From assembly GCA_973851085.1 (NCBI GenBank), contig OZ316776.1, positions 14,880,001-14,944,000 on the forward strand: a stretch of 64,000 nucleotides of DNA, written 5' to 3'. The notes under the pieces are model-generated. The model was not told the DNA's origin. It did not search any database and saw nothing but the letters and a program-made list of their open reading frames with translations. The stretch is from Ptychomitrium polyphyllum. Its lineage: Eukaryota. Shown here piece by piece: positions 1-13,229 of this stretch; position 1 is the first letter of the stretch; every line of letters begins with the position of its first letter. Both the position numbers and the translations under genes were made by a program.

Positions 1-834
1 AAAAGTGGATTAGGTGGGTACATGCAAACTGGCCCTAATGTGAATGCTTAGCCGATCTGGAAAAGCATTATGATCAGAAGAATTAAAAGAAACAAATGAT
101 GAATGTTTGAGATTGATTTTGAGCTTCCAAGTCCATCTAGAAGTTCCTAGATATATTTCATTAATCAAGTCAATGACAGGAGCTAAGGACATAAGCTGAG
201 TACATAAAAGCTCTGTAGGGAATTATTTTGACAGTATCCCATCATTAGTCCACTTTCAGCTTATAAGTAAATACTTTATTTTTGTCGACTTAAATTCAAA
301 CACAATAGAATTTTCATTTCAGATTTAAGAATGTGCATTTTATATGATAAACATGTGCACTAAAACTGTAAAATACTGGACCTTGGTGTTGCATTGCTAC
401 GCAGAAAACCTTTGCTTTCGCACTATGTATTGTGTAATATGTACATGAATTTTGAGACTGCATTCGAGTTGGATATCTTAGTTTGTCAAGAATGCTTCCT
501 TTTCTTTTTGATACGTAAACACACTTATTAATGATCACAGTCCAACTGTCAAGAGTGCTTCCTATTCTTATTGTTTTGCATCAAGCTTGAACTATTTTTG
601 CCTCAGAAGGTCTCCTAGCAAAGTTTATTGCAAGGATGCTTATCCAGTGCAGCAGCAGAGGAAAGTCAGCAAAGTCCTACAGCTAAGCACACAGACATAG
701 CCCAATTTCGGACAGCAACAATAGATGCTCTCTACAATTTCCAATTTTCTGAATTCCAACCTGGATCGAAAGTTAAACCAAGGTATTTAAACACATGCAG
801 GAACTATTGGAAGGTAGAAAACACCGGCGATGCA

Positions 835-1000
835 GCAGACGTTCAATGATGCTTCAGAGCAGCGTTGTGTCATATCTTTTTCAGATCGTGCCGAGCCTTG
901 TAACCTAGATTGACATGTTTTGTAGATGATGTTTTCAAGGAAATAAAAGCAAGATTTTCCTTGTCCATGCTGTTACGAATTACATCGGTGCTCAAGTTGT
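835..1000 (+). repeat. Non-coding segment homologous to the OXS3-like 3' end at ~15645-15807
   Basis: Collinear blocks: 889-916 vs 15696-15723 (27/28 identical), 946-961 vs 15754-15769 (16/16) and 989-1000 vs 15796-15807 (12/12). Confidence 0.85.
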
Positions 1001-1559
1001 ATCGACGGTCTGATCGATATGAGTTCCCGGTCTTCTCCTGCTCGAGATGAGTATCCGATCGATATGATTTGGTCAGCTGGATTTTAATGCTCGTAGGCGT
1101 GAGAAGATTAATCACAGGAGACTTCACGAAGAGGTGTGGTAGTCACAGCCTGTTGTCTTCCTTTCTCTTTTTCAGAAAAACCAAAGAGGTTGCACGTAAG
1201 AACTTCCTTGAAACTTTTTCCGAATGTACCTGCTTCAAACCCCCGGTCAGAACAAACACAGGCTCAACAACAAATCCTCTCTTTTATCTGATACCCGGAT
1301 ACTCAGGGATGGACCGGATTGACCACACGCTATTAGGAAGGAACGTAGGAACTGTTTACCAGGATGGTCGTTATTCTTTTCTTCTTTTTACCATAAGGTA
1401 GCCGTCCTAATATCGGACAAGGTGGAACAACATTTTACCATTGCAATAAAGAATGCTTCCGTTTGCAAACGTTGTATGAATCCCAAAAACAACAGGATTT
1501 GAAGCCCAATGCAACTGACAGCACATTTTTTTTTAAAGAAATTTGAATAAATTTGAAAT

Positions 1560-1870
1560 CTATAGAGGGTCATTTTTAAAAAGGTCATAATCCACCAACA
1601 GATCATCTCATTAACCATCCAAACAATATTCCTAACCATTCCTAACACAATTCATGCCAATTCCATTCAATAACCACCATGCACCAAGCTTGTATCTACC
1701 ACATGATTTCTTTTCTAAATTAATATAAATTTGTCTTCTTTTTCAATTACCACCATTCCATGATCCTATTTGTACCCTATCTCAAACCTATTACCACTAT
1801 TCACCAAACTTAAACTATGTATGACAAGAATTTGGTGGTTAATAGTAATACACATGATGATCCCTTGCCA
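1560..1870 (+). repeat. Dispersed repeat, possibly a non-autonomous DNA transposon end; copy 1
   Basis: Collinear similarity to 42068-42350, e.g. AACCACCATGCACCAAGC at 1672-1689 and 42162-42179, plus aatccacca..cattaacca and acaaga.tttgg..gttaata..aat..acatg.tg. Confidence 0.6.
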
Positions 1871-4800
1871 TGGGATTTTAGTGCTAATAGGTTGTTCTGC
1901 CCTAATCTCACCATTTTCATTTTCACTCATCATCTTCACCTCTGTATATTTTGCCCCATTTATCCATTATTACATACACAAATTATCATATTGTACTTCA
2001 GACTACTGTTGTGACTTTGAAGTGCTATAAATTTTTTAAATTGTATAATATCTTAAGATGTTGGAATGATATATTTCTTGAGTTGATTCTGAGGACATGG
2101 CAAGAATCTCCAGGCATCGTCAGGATCAAAGATCAAAGCTTTGAACCTTATGCTAATCTAGTCAATTAATTTGTACTGTATGCAGACAGGGGACTGCCTA
2201 AATTCAACACTGAATTCTCATCATGCGAAGCTACTTGTCCAAGATATGATGATAACTTGGAGCTGCATAGGTTTTTCAGCCGCACTAAACTGTGTCCACA
2301 TTCTTGTCCAAATTTGACCAGACATTACGGCAATCCCTATTCTCTCTCCAGCAATGGGGATTGAAATGTAACTGGCCCAGTGGGCCTAGCACAACTAAAT
2401 GGGCCCTTCACCATATCACTGGTGAGATAAGCTCAAGCAAGAGGATATAATGTATCCACTGATCAGAGATTCAGGATGCTCTTATTTTCTTTACAAAAAT
2501 AATGTCTACACAGGTTCCAAATAACCTTATATAAGGACCTTTTCACATTAGAGGCAAGGGAACATGTCTTAGATTAATATTAGACTTGAAAAGCTTTTAG
2601 AACTATCAACTATTGGTTGCCAAAAATTTCTCATTTCAGGAAAATAAATCAATGAGGTCTTGTATGTAGAGAATAACAAGATTACCTTTGCAGTAATGGT
2701 GTAAGCCTAATAAGGTCCTAAATTAGGTGTCTTGATTGTTTTGTAAATCTATTAATGTAACAAAGAGGAAAGAAGAATTATGGTTCCTTAAAAAGAGTCT
2801 CTCATAGTGAAATATTCATTTGTCTATTACCTTGTATCTATGTTAAAGAATTCTATTTGCAAAAGTTAATGGATTCTAATCAAATTTATGCTTGATGTTT
2901 GACTCCAAGCTACGCCCTTTGCTTGAAGTTTGTCTCATGTAATTGATTTTGATTTGAAACCTTCTAAATTCATTTTAATTATTTTTTTATACAAATTGAC
3001 TAATTTATAAGCCGCTTAAAGAATAGCTTTGGTTACTACTAAATAAAATAGGTGATAATTATTACTACCATTTTTATTATATTTATTTATTTATAGTGGA
3101 TCACATTGATCCAATAATGATTAATTCCTTTTTAGCACTCTTTTGTATAATTTTTAAAAAAAAAGACATAACATGATATGACAATGTTGTTTATATTTCA
3201 AATTATTTGTTTGATTAAAGATTCAAATGTTATGTATATCAAATATTTCATATGATTTTTTGTGAAATGGAATATGTATAGATTTTTTTCTTTAAGAGTG
3301 ATGACCATTAATAAAACGACATTTCATGATAATCTTTGAATGTTATGTATTAAAATTAGGTGTTTATATATCTTAAAAGATTTTTTATCTATTTACAGCA
3401 TCCATTGAGTATTAGATTTGTATTGAGCAATGTAGTTGCTACTACTTGATTTTCTTATGCATTTCAAGGTAGGATGTCCTCAAATTCGTTAGAAATTTTT
3501 CTTATACAAGATGTTTATATATGTAGTGCTTGAGTTTTGAAAATTACTTTCAAAATTACTATACCATGTATGTGTTAATATACTTGCATAATAATTAAAG
3601 GTGTTTTCATGCCCAAGTTCAATTAAAAGATGGTAACATTCAATTGATTTATCTTTTTTTGACCAATTTTTTTTTTTAAACATTATATATACATTTTCTT
3701 CCAAATTTCAAATATATTGAAAGATTCGTCTTAAATTTGTTCTAATATAATGATATATTTGTTATAGAAGTTGCCACAAATATCATGGAATTATTAGTTG
3801 TCAAAACTACATCAATTGGAAGCATGCTAACAAATGAAACTTGAAGAGTGTCATCAAATTTTTGCATTTAATGATTTAATGAGTAAAATTTACTAAATTT
3901 CAAAAATTTGATGATTCTCCTCAAATTTAATATATTTAATACATTCAACGTAACATACTTGTAAGGGAAAAATAATCATTCAAAGTCCAAATATAGAATT
4001 TTTGTACCAATTTTATGAAATGTTTTAATGTGCTTCGAATGGTGATATTTTCAAGGAATCATTCCATGTGAATAAAAACATCACTTTTTACACTTTTACA
4101 TGTTCTTTTACAATTTGGTGCAAGAATGACATGGATGAACTTTTTAACTTAGGATTTTGTATTGGGTTTTGCTTTTGAATCAAGGTGGCAATAATGTATA
4201 GAGATTTGACACAATAAAAATAGCCCAATACTAGTGGGCATCAGCGCTTGGAATTCCACAAAGTGGGGGAAAAACATGGAAAAGGAAAAGTATAATGTTA
4301 TGCACAAAAATAAAATACAATAAAGTGTGAGATACACTGTCCCGAGTTTGCTCAAATTTCCTTCAGTCCTGTGGCGACCCATCTGCAGAGATAAGTGTAA
4401 ACATTAAAAAAAGGTTCCAAAATTCTCTCCATTCCGCTTGATATCTAACATTCTCTAACTGACTTATCTTGAGAGCTGCTTCAACTTGTTTCCTATTCTC
4501 TTCCAAAGTATCAAGATCGGTCTGCTGAATTTGTGCATCGATGCAACTCTTAACTTTCGCAGTATATGCCGAGTGTAAAATGTATTTCAAGAGCGAGTCC
4601 AATAATAACACAAAACATTTTAGAAAGTGTAGAAGATTTATTTTAATCACAACAAGTTGCCACATCACCGGAAAACAGGGCACAAAAACAGAATCGTCGT
4701 AGCAAAGTTAAATATTTTTATCTTTTCAAATCTGCATCAACCAGCGATATCACTTCCAAATTTGTATCCACATTCATCTGTTTAAAAATAAGATAAAATA

Positions 4801-7800
4801 AATGAATTTGCATACACCAGTGAAATCGTTTCTCATTTTTGATTTTGATATCTAAACTAGTCAAATTTTGAGCAACTTTCATTTGTATGTGGCATGACAA
4901 AAAAATGAACAGCAGGTCATAGTTTATTGACATGTTTATAAAAACCTCCAACATCACTGTATTTCAAAGTGTGTAATTAAAATTAATGTGATCAATTGAT
5001 TTTTTTTGAATCAGTGGCATTTTATACACTTCTAATTTTCCACTTTCACTATTTCCCACTATTAAAATATCTTACAACTATAACTTAATCATGATATGCA
5101 TGTGTATATACATGCGTGTAAGAGAAGAAAGAAATTTTAAAAACCATAAAGCTAAATCTTCTTTGATTTTAGTTTTAAAATAACCTTACAAAAACAAAAT
5201 CATCAATATAAGGATATTACCACCACATCATGCCATCCAAACTTCCAAGGCTCTAAATGGCTATTCACAAACTCACCAATATTGCCTATAAAGGTTTAAT
5301 GACCATTCTAACAAGCCCAACATTTAGAATATTCTATAAAAGGAAATCTTATACATCTTTTCAATTTGATGAACAAATTCAAAATTTGGAAAAAAAATCC
5401 ATATATAGAATGTTCATGTCTTAAAAATATTGTCAATTGAAATATATCTTTTTAGAAAAGTTTCATATATTGGAAAAAAAACACATAGTAATGATTTTAA
5501 TTTATTAGAAATAAACCAATATTATTCATGTTCCTTTATAAATGAATTTAAATATTTCTAAAATAAACATCCATGTAAAATAGAAGTATTACAAGGTCAA
5601 ATATATAACTTTTTGTATAAAAACAATTGCTACTATCTAATTATAAAACCTATGTTTAGTGAATTTTTCCAACAATGAAGAACCATAAAAAGATTAATAA
5701 TTGAGCTTATGTGTATAAGTAGGATGTAGTTTATACTACGGCCATCAATCAAGCAATAAAAATGATTCTAAACAATTTGATTGGTTGAAAGCAAAAATTG
5801 TCTACAGTGTTTTTATTCTACAAGCCAATGGTGAGAATTTGATGCCCTTCAATTTTTTTATATGATGATATTTTTGGAAAATTTTGATGGAGAAATAAGA
5901 ATTTTTCTAAGACAAGAATGACAATTCAAATTCTCTTTATTTTGTATATATGTTTTTTTTAATTAAGAAATTTCATATAAAGATAAGATCTTTGAGATAA
6001 CAAGAAGAATTCATATTCTAAATAATTCGTGCCTTGATTATTAATTCTTTTACATTCATTAACCATAAAACTATATTTCTCTTAAGATGATTGAACTTCA
6101 AATGGTCATAATTTCTTTAAAGTAATGAATCATTTTAAAAATATTTTATTACATGCTTTTTATTAAGTATGTACCGTTTTTTTACATTTTCCTAATTTTT
6201 TGGATTTTTGATTATGTGCATAACACATTTAAATACTCAACTAATAAATTTTGGCTAGTAGACTTGTTTGTTTGGGTTTCACAATACGAGCATCTAATGA
6301 CTACAATTTATATATTTTAGGGAATTTCTATCTTGTCCTTTCAATCATGGTTAAGAAATATGTGTCCAGTGTTTGCCAGGCTACATGATTGTATTGTAAC
6401 CGCGTTTAAGAAAATGACTGGATTGCCTCAAACTCTCCTTCTTCACCTAAACACAGTTCTAGCTATAAAATATGCTGTCAGAGGATCAAATTTTGATGTA
6501 GGAGAGTCCTTACTAACCCAATCTCCAATTTCTCAGCCTGGCCCTAATTTGGCAAACACGAAGGAGGCATCATGGTTGGTGATGAACGCTGTGAGCTTGC
6601 CACGTGGCTGAATGATGCTGGGCAGAGAGAGAGAGTTACAGTGATTCAATCTGACATTCCAAGGATAAGATAAGGTGAACAGGCCCAAAACCAGCAGGTG
6701 TAAAAAAGATTAGTCCTGGAGAAAATCACGTTTAAAAACCATCAAATCTTTATTTTGGTGGGAAATAGGTGAGTAGGTACTAGTCATAATGACCTTTAGA
6801 AGTAGTGGTAGTTAATTATGTATGAAGGGGTACTTAGCTTTCTAAAAGTGATGATTTGTATCAATAAAAGTGGATCATTAATAAGCTTGTAAAGAATGAA
6901 GGAATTTAGAAAGTCAATATACCTTATATCTTGAGAAAAAAATCATTGTAGCAATTGTTTATCCATTACTATGCCTTAGCATTTATGGTGTTGATACTAC
7001 CATCATATTTAGATGTGATATGTTTTATTATAATACTCGTAATCTATAAAAAAAAATTATACATCAGTAAATAAACTATCTTGTTAGATTAAATTGCACC
7101 ATAAAGATGGTGGTGACGTCACTTCCATATTTTGGTGTGGTATGTTTTTGGTGCGTTTTTGAAAGACATGTTAATTTTGATGAATTGACATATTTATCAA
7201 ATACAAAATGCACTTTGAGAATGGTAATGGCACCCTCATTATATTTTCTTGTGATACAATTTTGATAGAATGGTTAATTCTATAAGAGACATTTGCAACA
7301 ATTGTGTAAGTAACAATATAAACTAACAATGGGATGTATTTTGTAATTAAAATGGTAGTATTTATTGATAGAAATATTGTTGAACAATGTATCCTTATTA
7401 ATACATTCATAAATTGACAAAGCAAAAAAAAAAAATCTTGTTAAAATTTGGTTGAAAAAAATTAAAGCACTTGGTCATTTTATAAGTCCAAAGGTGAATT
7501 ATTGATTTTGGGATGCTTACATGGATAAGAATAGCCTTTGCATTCAATTTTAAAACATTAAAAGAAGAACCTTAAATATTTCAATGTGATATTTGATAAG
7601 GTTGGTTTTAATTTATATATATGGTAGAAATGGTTGTGAAAAATATTAATTTATTTTATACATTTGTTATTATATTGTCACAATACTTGCATAATACTGT
7701 TAAGTAGTCGTTACCAATCAACAACTTATGTTGGTAACTTCCTTAAACTAAATTCATAATTATTTGGTAATCAAGATAAATTAGAATTAGAGCTTAGTTA

Positions 7801-10800
7801 TACAATTAAGAGCTAAGTGGATAATTAATATTGAAGCAAAGTTGTTTTAAAAAGTGGCATATAATTATTTCTTTCATAAAGTTTCTAACTTAAGTCTTGA
7901 ATTCTCTTTCTCGGATGTATGTTTATGTAAATTCTAGTAGAATTTTTTAGCATCCTTTTTTTAAATTTTTTTGTCTCCCAAGTGTTGCTAAATATGTATT
8001 AGTGTATATTTGGAGATATGTTAAGCAAACTACAAACTCAATATTGTAGTTTTATCTTAATTAAAGAATGCACAGTCAGTTGGTGCACAAACAATGACCC
8101 ACCAACACAAAATCACTAGATGGAGTAGTTCCACCCTTAACAAATGCCTTACTAATACATATCACAAGTTGTATCAAAATAATAAAATTCATATTTGTAT
8201 TATTTATTCTAAATTCAATTGTTCAAACTCCACCATTGAATGCTTTAACACATAAGGCTCAAAGGGAGGGGCCAACAAAGAAAGAAGAAGGAGAATATAA
8301 AAGAAAGAAGATAAGAGAGGGCATATGCATTATTGCATTTGCAATGGCTCCCATCACTTATTCTATTTTAAAAGCTATATTATTTATATTCATAGATATA
8401 AACATATAAACATGTTCATTTTAAAGTTAAATGGAGAATGTTAAAGTGTTGAAAAGAGCAATACATGCATGTATCAATACCTAATAACATTCATATTCAT
8501 AAGTTTCCAATGAACATTCATTGACCATATGCCAGCTCGTTCATGAAATCAACATAATTTAAGAAATTTTTTAGAATCAAAGGATAAAAAACATAAAAAA
8601 ACAAGAATATTACATTGTCCTTTCTATTATTATAAACCATGCTTCAAATTTTTATTGAAATGATTCAATTTTTATAAAAAAAATTAAACATGATTTTAGA
8701 TTTTATCTTCAAATATATAAATCTAATTATATAGTTTAAAACCAAGGATCATTATGAAGGGATAAATTAACAAACAAAAAAGAACCATTATTAGTGAAAT
8801 AATTTTTTTATTAATCATTTTGATGCTTATTAGATAAATGATTGAATTTCAAAGTATTGACTTTAGATAAATAAAATTATATAATAAATAAAAAATCTTG
8901 TCCAAAAAATCTTGTTGAAATCTTTCCAAAATACCAAAAATATTCCTACTAGTCTGAAAGGTTGAAAGATTTATAATGTTTTCACCAAAAAAAAGAAGAT
9001 AATTTTATTTTTTAATTAAAAATTTAACACAAGTAAATAAATGAAATATAAAAAGAAAGAACAAGAAAGAGAAGAAAATAAGAATAAGCAATAGTTGTAA
9101 TGTCTTATATTAGACAAACAAATCACTAAGGTTTAAAAGTCACTTTATAAACAATTCCAAGGCATTTTGTCAATTAAAGAACACATTCGAAGATTGGACC
9201 TATAAAACTACAAAAATTGAAGGTAAAATTGACTTTAGGCCTTCTAATGAAGCTTCACAAACCATTGAAGCAAAGAAACAATGTTATTAAAGTTGATTCC
9301 AAGAAGGGCCCAATCAAATTAAAATTACATTAAAATTCTAAAGTAAAATTTTTCAGAGTAGACTTCATGGGCTTTCATTTATTGGTCCAATGAAGAGGAC
9401 AAGGGGAATAAAAATGAGAACAAGAACAAAGATAACAACCCAAAAAAAAACTCACGCCAAAGTAGCAAAATTAATGAAAATCATATTTTTTCGTATAGCC
9501 AACATAGAAATTACATAAACACTGTTATGTGAAGCCTAAAAAATATTAAACTGGCATTTCAGCACTTTGATTCCCTTAATTTGATTGGAAACAACATCCT
9601 GAGGTTGTCCTTACAAAGAACTTGTTGGACTATATTACATTATCCAGTAAGAAAAAAACAAAGTTAGTTGGGTACTTCAAATCTTGTGATTACTCTCTTT
9701 TTGATGGTAGAGTAAAGCAGGATTACACTGATCACTCAACTAAACCAATTACAAATTTAGTGTAAAGTGGCGCTCAAGGTGATAGACTCCTGGCAGTGGG
9801 CAATAAAAGCATGTGATGCAGAAGTGGATAAGTTTAGAAAATTTTGACATAGAAAGTACCTGTGTACCAGTAACCGCGTCCGCTGCACTTGAAGGTCATT
9901 CACACTGAGTAATTTAGGAGCAGTGTGAACCTTGCTGTACTTTGCCTTGGTACAAAATTGAAATGATCCCAAGTTACATCTTTTGGGTTTGTGAATCTTA
10001 ATTATATCAGCGAGTAACAGTATTATTTGTCGATTAAATATTATCCACCGAAATTGTCCACCGAAATCATAACAAAATATTATGCATTTAAAACCAACAG
10101 ACATCCAAAGTTGACATATTGTGCTTCCTCCTTGGGAATACAATCATGTGGTGGCTTTCGCCGGATAGACTTGACTCAGTTTACAACATAATCCAGTGGT
10201 GAAAGGCTGGGTTTCCATGATGGCCGCCCATCCATTATTTTCTACAGTTTTGAAAAGTATCTTTGTAAAATACAGTGAGTTGAAGTTCACATGTGCTACA
10301 TAGATAAGGTCTATCATTCATTAGAAACGAGTATTAAAAGCATATTTTTAGTGCTTAATAGATAAGTGTCCAATATAGATTTTTTTTCTTTTTTTCTTTG
10401 AGAAATAAAAGATTCACTTGGTTTTTCAAATATAATTAATTAATCATTTTTCTTCAAGATGAAATAACATCCATGTAATCACGAAATAAAATATTTGTCA
10501 TAAACACAAACTATTGGATTTTTAGTACTTTATAGAGAACTAGATTTATGCTTTAACATTATAATTTGAATAGCAAGCATTTTAAATATCTATATATTTG
10601 ATATATACTCTTTATTTAGAAACTTTTATTTTATTTGTAAAATAAAAATAAAAAAATAAAAATTGGAGAAATTTATCATACTACATATTCATGTGTCAAT
10701 AATTTAATATAAAAATTATTGAGTTAGTAGATGATCTAAGTTTCATTAAGTTTTATCTTTCAATTGAAATAATGCTCATGCCATGGATTGCTTGTAAGTC

Positions 10801-12014
10801 CTAGCCCTACAAGACTATCTCTTTAGTAATTACGAGGAAAAATAATAATAACAATAGAAAAGAAAGAGAAGAGAATAAAATATAATAAAATAGATAAATA
10901 GATATGAATTTCTTTAAAGATGGTTAGGTAAAAACGAACTCAATCCTAAGGAGTACTATTTTGTTGTCTCTCATTATTAAGGTGCAAAGCCATTGCTAAG
11001 GCTAAATTAAAAATAATTTTGGTTGAAGCAAGTTTCATAAATGATACTAAGCAACTTTTACACTATATAAGGTCTTTTTAAATAAAAAAAAGTTCCAACA
11101 TCAGATGTAACATGTCAATGGTAATGAAATTTTATCTAAAAGGTAAACGAATATAAAAAGATTTACCTATATTATTTTATGCTATACTAAGATATCCTGT
11201 GTTGCCACCCCTAGCATTCACACAAAACTAAAAAGAAAAATTCGTGACAAATTGACAGTATGTAGCAGAGAGTAGATGTCAGCGCCTCAAATGTAGGCCC
11301 TCAGCAGATCCTGTCGGTTTTTAGGAACCAGCCTCCCAAAGCCCACCGAAAGGGAGAAGAAACCGTGAAGGAGGCCCTTGCGTCGGCGATGGCGACGTGA
11401 AGAAGCGCAGTTCCGGTGCGAGAAAGCTAGTCAGGATTACGAGGAAGTTTTGAGAGATGGAGATCGATCAGCTTGCAAGCAATCTTTCTTTCCAAGCAAG
11501 CGAGAGCCTGAAGCTTGGATGGTGGCTCCCATCCCACCATTAATCAGAGATGGTGGCTGCGCATGTGGAGAGATCGTCGAAACGCATGTCGCAAGCTTAC
11601 GGCCGCCACGGCCAGTCCACGAGGCGCGCCCCCACTGCGCCCAATCAGGATTTCCTACCCATGCATGACGCACCTTCGCCAGCTGCAAGATGAACCGACG
11701 TTGAAGCTTTCCTTACAGATAACGCACCAGTGTGCAGTCCCATGCCGCGACTGTGCCATGTCAGCACCAAACTCGCCTTCCCTTTTTATATCAGACTTTT
11801 ATTTTTTATTTTTATGCATCCATCGTGTGCGCAGATGTCGCGGATATCCTGTCAGAGCCACCATTATCTTGAGGATCAGCACTAGCAGTGCGTTCCTAGT
11901 CAGCCACGGTACTGTACCCGGACGTAGGTCAGGCCAGGCAGTGTTTTTGAAGTCGACCAACGTGACTAGTATGTAGTTTTGGTAACCTAGTATTTGGTGA
12001 TGTGTAGAGCGCTT

Positions 12015-12080
12015 CCAAAGCGACCAAAGCGACCAAACCCATCTCAACCAACCCAATCCAACCCAACCCAACCCAACCCG
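12015..12080. repeat. Short tandem repeats in the OXS3-like proximal promoter: (CCAAAGCGA)2 and (AACCC)n
   Basis: ccaaagcgaccaaagcgaccaaa followed by aacccaatccaacccaacccaacccaaccc. Confidence 0.8.
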
Positions 12081-13229
12081 CCACTTTTCAAGCCCACGCC
12101 GTCTTCGTCGTTGATCCAATCCTATTTTGCGCTTGCCCAGATGTCTTGATAAGTGATCTTGTTGTGTATCAGCCTTTGAGTCGAGTTGCGTTGAAAACGT
12201 TGGGTCATGTAAGGTTTTCGTTGTTCAAGGAGAGCTCTGAGAGCTGTGAAAGGTGTGAGTTTTGGTGTGAGGGCAAGAATACTATCTGATTGATGAGAAG
12301 GGTTTGTAGAGGGTGCACTTGTGGTGGTGAGTGGGGTTGTGGAGTTGGAGTAGAAAATTAGTGCGGAGGAGTGAGATCTGATCCGGCGGCCTTTTTCTGA
12401 GGGTTACGTGGAGCGAGTTCTTCGGTTGTTGAGGGTGGAGGAACTGAGTGTCGGGTGCAGTATTTAACAACTGGGGCAAGATTTTCTGGTGTTCCTTTCG
12501 GTTTTGTGTGGATAAGAAACGGGAAGAGAACAGGCAACTACTTGCATTATTTGCGTGCTGTGTCCAGTGTATCTCGAGATTTCTTGTCCGAGTTCAAGCC
12601 TACGAGTGCCGGGATTATCTGGAACTGTAGTAGGGTTGAGGGACACGGATTTTTGGAGCCGCCTTATGAAACTGAGTAAGCAAAAAATACGTGTAAAAAC
12701 CTTCAGTTGATTCCGTGGAGTCTGACGCGAGTGCGATGTTCCTGTAGAGAAGAAGGGAGCCATTTTTATGCTAATGGTCTCAATTTTATGAAGGACTCTG
12801 AAGCCAACTGCTCTTCAAGAAGAGCATTCAGGAGAAGGCAGTCTTCAGCGTAGCACTTAGAAGTCCTGGGAGCAGGACTCATACTTTTTCTTGGTGTTTT
12901 TTTGTTCAACGCGGATGCCCCACGCAGGCGACACTTTTGTAGAGTGTTGTGGGTGTGCTAATTCGCGGCGAAAGGATGGATATGGCAGAAAGAGTTTTAA
13001 GTGTTTGATGAAGTCCGCAGTTCATAGGTTTTCTTCTATTAGGCAGGCGTTTGATGACGGTGCGCCTTTCAACTATCAAGTCATATGCCAGCACATTCAC
13101 CCTAGGCAGCGGAAGCAGAAGACTACTTTCGGGACGGAACGTCAATTTCAGCTCTTCCTCTTCGATTAGGTGTTAGGCTTGTCTTGATCTTTGTATTTCA
13201 TAATCGTCTGTTGCTGGACGCTCCTTCAC

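Noticed and set aside
2372..2407. Three site II-like TGGGCC motifs as a promoter
   Set aside because: No associated gene start or telo-box was found; short motifs alone are insufficient.
11185..11215. Helitron 3'-end-like hairpin near CTAG
   Set aside because: The stem is only about 3 bp, too weak to call.
11378..12763. Overlapping 60-150 aa ORFs upstream of the OXS3-like gene
   Set aside because: GC-rich promoter/leader sequence, mostly non-ATG starts, and no recognisable domains.
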